NCBI RefSeq assembly: GCF_030144855.1
Contig: NC_082728.1
Span: forward strand, 5,704,001-5,768,000
Origin: Hypanus sabinus
Taxonomy: Eukaryota
Reading direction: 5' to 3'
Length of the DNA: 64,000 bases
Positions 23,134 through 35,673 of this stretch are shown here, piece by piece. The notes beneath the pieces are model-generated. The model was given only the letters and a program-made list of their open reading frames with translations. It had not been told where the DNA came from and did no database searches. Made by a program: the position numbers and the translations under genes. The stretch's first letter is position 1. Each line of letters starts with the position of its first letter.

Positions 23134-23489
23134 TCAATTTACCGTCTGGCACTGAGTGAATTACAGATCGTCAAATGGGTTCATATTCCTGGTGAATGTG
23201 AGGTAAAACAGCCCTTACAATGGGGTTAGTCACACTGGCAAGATTTAGTTATGAACCTTCCGCAGAAAATAGTAACCAAGAACGCAGACGGTGTGGAAAG
23301 AGGAGCTTTGTCTTGCTGCAGTAATAGCACAACAGCCGAAATACTCCACTCCGTCCGTCCCGTCACGAAAGGCGGGATTTTCCGGTGGCCTATTTATATA
23401 TATTATTTTCATTCCCATTCTGGTATGTCGGTCGGTCAATGGCCTTCGCTACCGCCAAGATGAGACCACACCTCATATTTTATCTAGGT

Positions 23490-23815
23490 AGCCTTGTACC
23501 TGATGGCATGAACATTTGATTTTCACAATTTCCAGTTATTTCTCCCTTCTGACCCCTTTATCCATTCTGGATCTACCCCTCCTATTTTCCATTGTCCACT
23601 GTCCTCGATCTAACTCATTCTTCAGCCCTTTACCACCTATCGCCTCCCAGCTTATTTCATATTCCGTCCTCCACCCACCAAACTTACTGGTTTTCCTTCC
23701 CCTTTCCTTTCCAGTTCCGATGAAGGGTTTCCGCCCAAAACGTTGACCGTCCACACCCTCCAGAAGCCGCCTGTGTCTGTTGCTTAAGGTTTCCAGCATC
23801 TTTGTGCTCAAGATG
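23490..23815 (+). mobile_element. Penelope-like element 3' end / pseudo-LTR
   Basis: cctgatggcatgaacat matches the end of the 56560-57580 element; degenerate hammerhead motif at 23712-23749. Confidence 0.7.
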
Positions 23816-25779
23816 CGTCGTTCATGGAATACATCTATAAATTACTAAAATAAGTGAATCAGCAGACAATACAATTCGGTGGCATAGTGCAGTTATAAAA
23901 GGGTGTGTGAAACACATTGCCAGGCGTGGTCGTCCCTATATCAGGGGCATTTAAGAAACTTAGGCACACAGATGGTAGGAAAATGTAGGGCCGTGTGGGA
24001 GGGAAATAAACTGATTTAAAAATTAGACGGACTTAAACTTGCCAAAAGTAAACTGAAAATGAGTAACAACTTGTCCCTTCCTGTCCAGAAATGGCCCCGA
24101 TATGCCGTGAAACCAGAGCTCTTCCTTGCCACTGGCTTAAAACATTAATTTTGACTCATCTCGTTGTGTAACACCGGAAATAATCCGGTGTCGACAACTT
24201 TGAGGTCCTACTTAAATTAAAGGAATAAGATTAGAGTAACTGTAGAGAATGGGTTTAGGTCAGTCGATATAAAAGGGCCTAATCCCTTGTGTAAAAAAGG
24301 CCGACTGAATTAAAAAGGTTTTCTCAATAACCTAATTGAAACGAACACAGTAGACGTTTCGGGATTGGAAAGGGGGAAGACGCCAGAAAAAAAGGTGATC
24401 GTGGGGAGAAAATGCCAGAGGGGAGAGAAAGGGATTATTTTTAAAACCAGAAATAGAAATCAATATTAACGCTCAAAAACCTAGCGTTTTTCAGACATGG
24501 CTATAAAATTCGATTAAATAACCAAATTTAAATCGTCCAGTATTTACACCTCAAGACATGCAAGCAGAATCAGGCCCCATTCATTCGCCTGCCTTCTCCC
24601 CAGACCTTGGACACAATTTGCCCTCCACAGCGGCGTGTGACAATAAACTTGTCAGTTGCCACCCTCTACTAAGGAAATTCCTTATCAGCACTAAAGAGAC
24701 GTCCACGTATTCTGAGGCAGTGATTTGATTCTGGATTAGTCCTGGATACTATTTCTACAACCAACTCACCATATTGTTGTACTTCCAGCAACCACTGCAA
24801 GTGATTACTATTACTCTTTTAAGTATTTAACAAGCATAAAACACTGTTGAGCCTACAACTGCTCTAAGCAATTTTGTATGGTCCACTTTGAATTTTGTAT
24901 ATTCAGTGGGTCTTGATTACCATGTTGTGTTCAGTTCTTGTTGCATCGATATAGGAAGGATGTGGAAGCTCTAGAAAGATTTCCCAGGATGCTGCCTAGA
25001 GAGCTTGTCTTACAAGGAATAGTTGAACGAACTAGGGTTTTTCTCTTTGGTGAGGAGGATGAGAGGTGTATAAGAACATAAGAGGCATAGTAGCGTGGAT
25101 AGCCAGCAACTTTATCCCAGGGAAGAAATGGCTAATACCAGAGGGCATAATTTAAAGTGACTGGAGGTGTTAAGTACAGGGGATGTAAGAAGGGAATCAG
25201 GTTGTTAAAAGTTTATAAAATACAATCCTTATATTATGAAGTTTTATCAATGAATGTTAGTGGTTGTGAGGGGTAGTAAGTAGAGGATGAGTTTGGGAAA
25301 TGAACTTCTGAAATGTTACTGATTTGAATTCTAGTTTTAAGAAACTCAAGCACATTAGACAAAGAAACACCAGACCAAAATGGTAATTTTTATTGTATTC
25401 AGAAATATTTTTCCAAACTTTTGAGTTGAGGATTAACTACAGAAAAAATTATTCTCCTGTAAGCTTTAGTGAGCAAATATTATAGCTACCAATCTGTATA
25501 CAAGACAAATGGTAGGCAAACATTTACAATTTAGAAGCTGTAGAAACTGAGGTGGTTCAAATTGTACAGAAAAAAAAATGAACTGCTTACGAGTTTCTAA
25601 ATTGCAGACCGCAGGTCCTACCCCCACCACACAGTTCCAGAGATGTTGGATTGCATTGGAGAGCTCAGGAGTGGGGACTATCAGGACCTTCTGCATGCCA
25701 CTGTCCCTGAGAAGTTGGACTGTGCATAACTAGGCACATGCAAGAGCCAATAAAGAGAAATGAGGTTTAAGTGGAGCAG

Positions 25780-28315
25780 CCATTGTGAGAGCGGGAGGTC
25801 CAAGCTTAGGCAATGCAAACAAAGGCCATAAGCAGATTTTTTTCATTGCACTGTTAAAGCAGAGGGGTTGGATGCCAAGTAGGATTGTGGAATGGCCATC
25901 TTGTAGGACGTTTGAAGGCAGGGAGACCTCCAATGTCCTTGATGACACCACCTACAAGAAGTGAATCCTGCTGCAGCTTCTTTCAGACTATTAAAGAAAT
26001 GGAGCTAGAACTGAATGAACTTCAGATCATTCCGGAGGCAGAGGTTGTCTGACAGAATGTACAGGGAGGTAGTTAGACCCAAGGTGCAGAATACCACTGT
26101 GGCTGTTCCCCTGAACAGGTATACCGCTTTGAATACTATTGGGCCGAGACGAGCAGGTAGAGGTTGTGGTCTATTATGGTACCAATGATATGGGTAGGAA
26201 GGTGGCCAAGGTCCTGCAAAGTGAGTTCAAGAAGTTGTGTGCTATGGTAAAGTTCAGGACCATCAGGTTTGTGAACTCCTCTGCCACCCATGCCATGGGC
26301 AATGAAGCCAGAAAAAGGAATTTCATAATTAACATTGGCAAAAGATATGTTGCACTTGAAACATTGTTGGATTTTTGAATCATTGGGCTCCCTTCCAGGA
26401 AACGTGGGACCTGTACAGAAGGGACGGGTTGCACCTGAACTGGTGGACTAATATCCTTGCAGGAAGGTTTGCTAGTGCTGCACACTGAGGGGAATTAAAC
26501 GAGTTGCAGGGGATTGGGAACTAAAGAAAATAGTGATTGATTGTGGGGCAAGATGTTGATAAGTGGGCAGGGCACACAAAGTCAGGAACTGAAAATTGCA
26601 ACTAATGTTCTCATCAGGCATGTGTTTCAATGCACAGAATACTATGGGAAAGGTGAATGAGCTTAGAGCACACATGGAATTATGACTTTGTAGCCTTGGA
26701 TGGGCAGGACTGAGCTCAATTTTCGAGGGCTGTTACTTTAGATGCAATAGAATTCAAGGGGGAGGGGAAAATGTCATACTGTGCTCAGATAGGAGAGATT
26801 ACTGAGGGGAAAGGGCAGAACCGAAGAATAAGAAGTGGACAACCAAATTAATTGAATTATATTACAGACCACCCACAGTCTGCAGGATTTAGAGCTGATC
26901 TGTAGGGAGATTGCAGACTATCGCAAGAACATAAGGCGGTTATAGTAGACAATTTAAACTTTTCACTTATAGACTGGGACTCCCATACTGTAAAAGGGCT
27001 GGACGGTAGAGACTTTGGCAGTGTTCAGTAAAGTTTCCAAACTAGAGACACTAAATCTCCTGTTAGAGAATGAAACAGCAGGTGACAAAAGTTTGTGTAG
27101 AGATCAAAATGTAATCATTTTTAATTATGGAAAAAGATAGTCTGGTCCTTAAGTTGAGATTCAAAATTGGAGAAAGGTTAGTTTTGATGTTATTATAAAG
27201 GATCTGACAAGTGTGAAGTGGGACAGGTTGTTTTCTGGCAAAGGTGTAATTGGTAAAATGGGAAGCCTTCAAAAGTGAAATTTTGAGCACCAATTTTTGT
27301 ACATCCTGTTAGAATCTGGCCGATCAGATGAATAAGAATCCCAAGAGCTTCTACAGGTATATTAAAGGCAAAAGGATAGCAAGCAACAAAAGTGATCTTC
27401 TGGGAGATCAAAATGGTAATCAATGCATGGAGCTGAAAGAGGTGGGGAAGATCTTAAGTGAATTTTTTGCACCTGTATTTATTTGAGGATGAACACTGAG
27501 TTCATAGAAGTGAGACAGTACAGCACTGAGGTCATGGACCATATACAGATTATAGGTGTTTGCTGTCTTGAGGCAAATTAGGGTGTATATATCCCCAGGA
27601 CTTGTTCAGGTTGATCAAGAAAGGTTAGACACTTTGAATTCATGATTAGGTAGCAAATTAGATTAAATATTAACTTCACAAGAGAATCTAGAGCACTGAG
27701 GATTTTGACTGAACAGAGATCTGGGAATACAGATCCACAGTTCATTAAAAGTGGAGTCACAGGTAGACGGTTGTAAAGAAGGCATTTGGCATATTGGCTT
27801 TCATAAAATCTAAGTATTCAGTACAAGAGTCAGGATGTTATGCTGAAGATGTGTAAGATGTTGGTGAGGCCTAGTTTTGAGGGTTGTGCACAGTTCTAGT
27901 CACCTACTTGATAAAGAAAGTTATCAATCAGATTGATAGAGTGCAGAGAAAATTTACATTGCAGGGATTTGATGACCTGAGTCATAGGGGAAGGTTGACT
28001 AGGTTACAACTTTATTTCCTAGAGCATAGGAGAATGAGGGGTACAAATAAATAAAAGCGGCCTTTCCACTGAGGTTGGGTGAGACTAGATGGGTTAAGAG
28101 CGAAAGGTTTAATGGGAATCTTTCACTCAGAGGGTGGTGAGAGTGTGGAACGAGCTGCCAACAAGTGGTGGGCGCAGATTCAATTTCAACATTCAAGAGA
28201 AATCTGGATAGATACGTGGATGGGAGGGGTTTGGAAGGCTAAGGTCTGTGTCCAAGTTGATAGGACTGATTTACCACAGACTGGAGGGGCCAAAAGGCCT
28301 GGTTCTGTGCTGTAG
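25780..28315 (+). mobile_element. Old, nearly full-length degenerate CR1 LINE
   Basis: ORF1 SGNH-esterase-like motif VVVYYGTND (26139-26378), then endonuclease/RT remnants and the CR1 3' UTR. Confidence 0.8.
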
Positions 28316-31300
28316 CGTTTTTTTTTAAAAAAAAAACACACCTCCTTGAATCCCAAGTCTTTGGTCCCAGAAGCACTTAATGCACAAGTTGTCAAATTTG
28401 AATTTACAAACCAGGATTTTAAAAGATGTAATTTATTTTGCGAGATTCCACAGAACGTGTTCAAAGATCACTCAGGTTGCACTATACCATCAACTCAGCA
28501 TCAGTGCAAAGACAGTCTGAACACTCTGCTTATATCAGGGACTGGGAGACTGCTCCACACAGTCTGCAATAACATCCATCTCACCTTTGCAAAACATTCC
28601 AGATGGTCTAACAACTTATTTCACTTTAAGTAACATCTGTAAATGAAATGCAGTTAGCCTCAACAACAGTAATATAGAGCAGTGCAGTGCTACTCACCAG
28701 CTCATACTGAAGGTCTCGCGTTGCGGTGAAGTGACATCCCTGGCTTTCAACAGCAAGTTGTTGATTTAAAATCAAATCGCATTGAGGAACTTTTTAAGCA
28801 AATGCCCATAATTTCACCAATAGGAAAAATGAATCTTCCAAAGCTCAGGCTTTTTGATGAGATAGCCACTTTCCAGGACACCTCTTACTTGTTTTTATTG
28901 AAGAGCAAGAGGACAAAAGGAAAGTACTTAATCTCAAATGTCAAATGGGAAAGCTATGAATTGAAGAAACCTGGTGGGTCTACTGACTACTAAGTGAAGA
29001 TAGCTTACAAATTTTTGATTATTTTGTATGATCTTCGATTTCAAACGAAGGTGAAGAAATGTAAAGTGCTACTCAACCAGTTAGAACACATCCATTGCAG
29101 AGTATTGAAAAGTAACGCTCTGTAACGTAAAAGTTATCAATCTTTCCCCGTTAAGAAACATCATGCACAATTTAACATGTCTTGATTCTTATATTTTAAG
29201 ATTCAGTCGATCTTTGGTGAATCAACCAGGCAGCTCTGAGAAAGCAGGCGACAGTAACTGGAGAGCCCAACATTTGTTTTCAAACATCAAAAACTATCAA
29301 TAGAGTCATTCATTGGAATGTATTTTGTGCTAGTTATTGAGGGAAAAAATCTTAGCATGAATAAAGGTGCAAGTTTTTTCAAATTTTGAAGATAAATAAG
29401 AGGAATTGCTTCTTCATTAGGAACAACTCTTCAGGGCTTAAGGTTCTTCCACGCTTCTACACCACTGCCCACCCCACTTATCACATTTGTTCATTAAAAA
29501 AAGTACACTGAAAGAGGGAAATAAAATCAGTCTTCACGTGCTACATGTAAATACGAAACAGGTTCATTAGACAATGTTGGGTAAACCTGATCTTGTGACA
29601 AGGAGGTTACACCTATTTCAGCTTGGGATATAATATGGCCTTCAAACAAAAAAAACTGAAGTCCCCCATTCAAAGTTGGTTGGCAAATCAACATACTGAC
29701 AGAATTAAAGTCAGTTTTATAAAAACACCAAAATGCAAATAGTGTCAAATTTAAGTGATCAGTACAATCTATTCAGCTGACAGTAAAACCTGTATTAAAT
29801 GTTAAAGACTTTTCTGAAAAGAAATGGCTGTACTTCTTTTGTTTAAATCAAATGCCCACCCACCTGGATTACTCCCCACACTGTGCATGGGTGCATGTGA
29901 ATCAATACACAGCACTTTAAAGGCAGGATTTAAGAATCAGAAGGGCTGGAGAGGCTAAACTTATTATTCTTGGATAAAAATATTGCATCCATTTCCAGTC
30001 TGCTTAGAGCTAAATCTTTATTACAGGGTTGAATTTTCCAGTATCATGCTGCTGAAAAAATTGTATGAAATATTCTGTTTCACATTCCACATGTTGCCCC
30101 CCCCCCCCATAGTAATTGTCTCACAACACCTAATCAACAGTAATAATTTAAAAAATTGCACAGGTATGCAGGGATTCATAAACCATTTGTCAAGAATGGA
30201 GGCTTAATTACCAATGATCGAAAGGACTAGTGATTAACATTTCTCTATGTGCTGACTTTAATAAAATTCACTCACATTACTTCAATACGATTTATAATCA
30301 GATTTGCAGGCTGCTTCATTACAAAGTCGATAATAGGTGTAATCCTTCTTGAACATTTGTCATTGACTGTGGATCTGTAAACAGCGTGTACTGGCCTACA
30401 TGACACCAAATATATTCCACCAAGTATTATAATAATGATGAAGAAGTAGGATTTTTTTTTGAATCAAAGGGCTGGCTGCTTTTTGGGAAGAGGTAGTGGG
30501 GGAAGGTGGGTATTGTTGAAGGTTGTAAAAGAGGAGAAGCGAGTGAAAGACAGAGGAATGGTACACCCCTATCAATAAAAATGCTGAACTCACAGCTTAC
30601 AGACTTTATGGTGCCAGTAACAATCCTTCTCGAGTACAGAAAGTGGCCAATCAGCAGAATGCTGTGGAAAATACTCAACATTATGAATGACTTTCCAGGA
30701 AGTCTTTGCGGTTGGGCAGTAGAATCTCACTCATATTTCCCCTTAAGAGTCTTAGGAAACATCAGTTAAGGCCAGTGAATTCAGCAGATTGGACAGTAGC
30801 CAGAAGGTGATCTTCACTGTGACTCAGTGCCACACTATTTACTATGATCTTCAGAAGAATTGAGTTAATTTTAACCCTTCTCAGTACAACTGATTTGACA
30901 AATCATAAATGTAGATTGAATGTAACTTTCAGCCAGTTTTCAACATTTCCCCTAATTTTTAACTTGCTCAGTATCAAAGAAAAGTAATTCTGCAGCCATG
31001 CGTACAAAAAAAAATCACTCAATAGAGGTTTTACTGTCAATCACTGGAAAGTTGTGTTGTCATTACCACTGAATGTGCTTTTTGGAAACTTTCACCACTA
31101 ATATCCAAGCTGTTCAGATACAACAGATACTTACAGATTAAACTAACCTGTACTGCCAGACCTCTTGGCATTTCCTTTCCTACACGTTAAAAAGCAAGTG
31201 ACGGAACGCTGCTGTTATAGTTAACTGAAAAAAATTATGTTGAAGAAAATCTCAGTTGTGGGTGCAGGGAACTTCCATATTAAAAATATGCTGAACATTG

Positions 31301-34300
31301 AGAACCCAATCATCTGAATGGAAATCACTAATAAGTAAACTCGTTTTGCAACAATGCAAATCAGAGAGACAGGTTTTCCATTCAGTACTGATCTGGTAAT
31401 AACATCATTATGGTCGCACCAAATATCATCCACCCTACTTTAGTACAAAGTTTGTGTGGATAAAAAGATCGGTGGGAAAATGCACACATCAAAACTAGCT
31501 TCAGTGAATTAATTGCAAATCCTGTAAATTCCAGTTGATAGTTTTTCAGATGTAACTCAACATCCCCTATATTAAAAAAAAACTAATTCTAGTCTTGCTG
31601 TATTTATTGCCTGAACACATTCAATAAATTTGTTATCTCTTCAACACTGTTGGACACAGACAAGTAAAATCCTGCAGTGGGTGACATGGTTTAAGTTTAC
31701 TATTAACTGGTAAAAATCCAGTATTACTTAGGGGCTGTTAGATACAAGAGATATCATCTGCACATTTCCCAAGGGCTGTTGAACAAGTGGAGCAAGACTT
31801 GATCCCAAACTCAAACCATAAAAAAATCTTCCATATTAAAATGTCAGACATTTGAGGAACTAATGGTTTGAATGAACAAACCAAACAACAATCAGCTTGC
31901 AACGTAAATTTTAGAGGGATACATTTTTCAATCAATGCTGAACATGCACCTTCCCCTTCAGTTTAAATGTGTCTATTAAATTGTCATCCCATTGCTGAAT
32001 GAATTTATTTACCATGTAGAACAGAGAGAACAGGACAAATATTGAAACCTGAATGTAGAAAAAGTAGCTAGTAGTTGAAAGTTTACAGTAGTAATCTGTT
32101 TGGGGATTTAAAGCTGGAATCAATATTTGAATCTAACATTTGTCCACATCCTGAAAGATAAAATTATTTGTGTTCACTGGAAGTAGGCAAAGCAAAGCAT
32201 ATTGCATTCATAAAACAGGTTCATGTGTGTCAATATAGAGGCTACTGAGATTGATTCAAACCCCAAAAGACTGCAGCAGTTCATACCTCATTGAGCATGG
32301 GAGTGATAGACAACCTGATCATTACAAAAGGCAAGAATTTGCAGTCCAGGGGAAACTATGATTACTTTCATGGACACATCACTTAAAGATGGTTTAAAAA
32401 GGGATAAGTTTGAGACAGATCGCATCTAACTGTACATAATGTACAGAGTTGACTATAACACACCAGTTCACTAAAGTTTATACTGCATTTTACAGAATTT
32501 CATGAATTCTATTATTTAAAAATTTAACAACTAGTTGGGGAAAATAAATATTACAGCCATATAGGGGGCAGGATGCATGGCAAATGAACCAGAAGCAAAA
32601 ACTAAGACTAGTTACCCTCCATATAAGGAATTTCAAATCAAAACAACTCAGCAGTAATCAGGAGGGGGCAGCTTACACAAATGAACATATTGTGAACTGA
32701 TAAAAATTAGGGTCATCCAACTAGCTTTAATTATGGAGGGTGGAGATGCAGATCAAATGGATCTGCAGAGCATATTCATTTCCTGAAAGAAAGTTAAGGC
32801 TAAGACATGTACCTGGAAGAAAATTAAGACACTTAAAATTTAAGTACTTTAAGACACATTATATACAATCTTGGAACCACATTTTCAGAAGAAAATCACA
32901 GAAAGGGATGCAAGAGTTTAAACAAACATGTGAAAGGGAACTGATTCCTATAATGAATGGATTGGTAAACAGGTTATAGATTAAATACAACCAGCAAAAA
33001 ACGGGGAAATAAGATAGCCGACTGATTATGGCCATAAGAAAAAGATAGAAGATTTAAATTCTAAATTTGAAGGGTACTGATATTTCACTCAGGAAAGCTA
33101 ACAGTGTCACAACCAGCTAACTGGCTACATTTCACAAGATTTTCATCAGTATAACCAAGTACATCAAACCCTCAAATCAGGTCTGAGCTTTATGATGTGA
33201 CCTGCATATTTCTTTGGCTAGTGCATGCTCTAGCTCTAATAGCACTAAGATTTCAAGATAGCATAACGATGCTTCTAGGTGCACACAGAGCCAAACCAAT
33301 TGACTACACAGTGTAAGAAACGTTTGACATGTTCTGCAAATTTTGTTGGTCAAGCACCACTTTAAACATTAATTTACCTACTTCTATCTGATCATACCTT
33401 TAGTTATGTCTCAACAATGCAACTGACTGAATTTTTAGCTTCTAATCTTAACATCACTGATGCAAACTCAACCAATGGACGTACAGCAAAATTAATCTTG
33501 GCGCATAAAATGTTGCAGTGGTATTTAGGGACAAAATGAAGCAATTGGCTTCAATTCTAACTAGTGAAGTGCTTAGCTGTCATCAAAGTGGAATAATTAT
33601 GTTTCTTAAAGTAACAGCAAGATATTGGACAATCTCCACCTTTAATTCTAGTTCAGCAGCCATCGAATATCAACAGCCTAATGCCGTTGACAAGTTCAGT
33701 ATGGTAAATTCCTGTCTCCGCTATTTTATATGTATTACAGTCAAGTTACAACATTAACACCTCTCTGATCCAAGGGTTAAAAGTGCAACCAAGCAATGTC
33801 CCACTTGCCAGATACAAGGAAAAGAATTAATTTAAAAAAACAGAACAGAAATTTGAGCATACTTAAAAATCCCTAGAATAGCAGGTTCTTAAATCTCTTG
33901 AACCTACGAGGTTCTCAGTCTGTGAACTGGAAACAGTTTAAAAACGGGGTGGGAAGGATCACAGTATTTAGCTTATAACGTTAATCTGATCTCCACATTA
34001 ATTAGACCCCTATATCCAGCAAATAGCACTTTACTTTCAAGTCAAATACAATCACAATACACATCATGTTATTAAAAAGAGATATTAAAAAGGGCCTTCA
34101 CCAAACTTGCTACAAGTTTGGGGACAGAGAAATCCAACAGCCACGAAAAGCTGTGAAAGCCCCTGAAAAGGAATAAAATGAAATCTGACTTGCCTCAGAC
34201 TGAGAGGACAATAAGATTCAGCCACAGCCTGTCCCATGGCAGGGCTACAGGAAGAAGAAATAAATTCCAATTTTAGCATCACGTCAGGGTGGTCAATTCT

Positions 34301-34805
34301 ACATCCATAACCATGCATTCACTCCACAATCTTTCCAGAAAGGTTTTTAAATGTTTTTTTTTTAAGCAAAAAAACCGTAGATGCTGGAAGAATGGGAAAT
34401 GTTAGAAATACTCAGCAGGTCAGTCAACACCTGTTGAGAGAGGAACTTCATGTTTTAGGATATAACAAAGTCATTGATCTGAAACAACTTACTCTCTTTC
34501 TCCCCACTGGAGCTACCTAACCTGCTGAGTATTTCCAACTGATTTTTCACATTTAGTTTTACTGACCTACATTTTGCCACAAAATATGAAGTTAAAACAC
34601 TTAATGGGCTACTACACAACATGCAGAGAGATTACAAAGATAAGCAGAATAGTGGTTTGTTCCAGAAACATAACCAGTAATATCCCCCTGCAATACAGTT
34701 ACCTTTATTTTGGCATTAAGTCACAGCAACATGCAGCGGTACAAACCTTGATGCAGTGATCCACAGCTGGTTATGAATAAAGCGACATTAATGTTTCCAT
34801 CAAGT

Positions 34806-34811
34806 TTTATT
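34806..34811 (-). terminator. Proximal ZNF207 polyadenylation signal AATAAA
   Basis: tttatt on the + strand about 700 nt past the stop codon; a second copy at 34704-34709. Confidence 0.55.
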
Positions 34812-35503
34812 ACAATAAGCTTTACAACGGTACAGAAATCTGGTATGCCCTATTTATGTTCAAAATCGTTTTGATAAGCCCTGTATCTGGCTGGATGTGG
34901 GGCACATTCAACATTACATAATCAAAAAGCAACTGAAACAGATATTTGGGACTGAAACAAGAAACGACACCAGAAGCCCTCACCAAACAACGTTGGGGAC
35001 ACCAAAGTCCAACAGCACTTAATGTGCTGTGAAGGCCTCATTTCCGATTTAATTCAAAAGCAAATTTACAGAACTTGCCTTTAAAAGGTGGTACTGTATG
35101 TTCATGTAACTCCAGCGCCTTCAATTTTTTTTTATATAAACGGACCACATTTATTATACTTCACTTCTAAAAACCTAGATGAAACACGAGAAAAGAAACT
35201 ATACAACATGAATTACAATAACACTGGGAGGGTGGGGTGTGGGGAAGGGGAAGGGAAAGAGAACATACTCCCACAGAGCTTTGCTTTTCAAGAGTACGAT
35301 TTTCTTTTCCCCCACTAGAGGTGAAACATGAACAGCGTGTCCCAGTGTTCAGCAAGTTTTTTTGGTGGTCATCATTTAGCAGGCAGGAAGAGGTTTACCA
35401 GTTTTTCTTAAAAAAAATTGTTAAAGTCACTGAAGCTTGTCTAGTTAACAGCAAGTTGAGAAAAGGTTGAATCTCCAAACCTATTTATGTAGGTACAGCA
35501 GCT

Positions 35504-35673
35504 TCAGTAACGCCCCCCCTGCGACATTACTGGGGGCCTCATTCCCGACATTCCCATTGGCGGCCGAGGGGGTCCACCCTGGTAAGGAGGCACCATAGGA
35601 GGTCCCTGTCCATATGGAGGCATGCCACCAGGGAGGTATCCTGGCATTCCCTGGGGAGGGCCACCAAACTGAC
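35504..35673 (-). CDS. ZNF207: ZNF207 last coding exon (170 nt including TGA)
   Basis: ttccag|GTCAG...CGTTACTGA; [12 protein letters not shown]...MSQGGRY*. Confidence 0.95.

Noticed and set aside
32555-32675. Two CTCF-like motifs (ATAGGGGGCAG and TCAGGAGGGGGCAG)
   Set aside because: Partial matches that are expected by chance and cannot be scored here.
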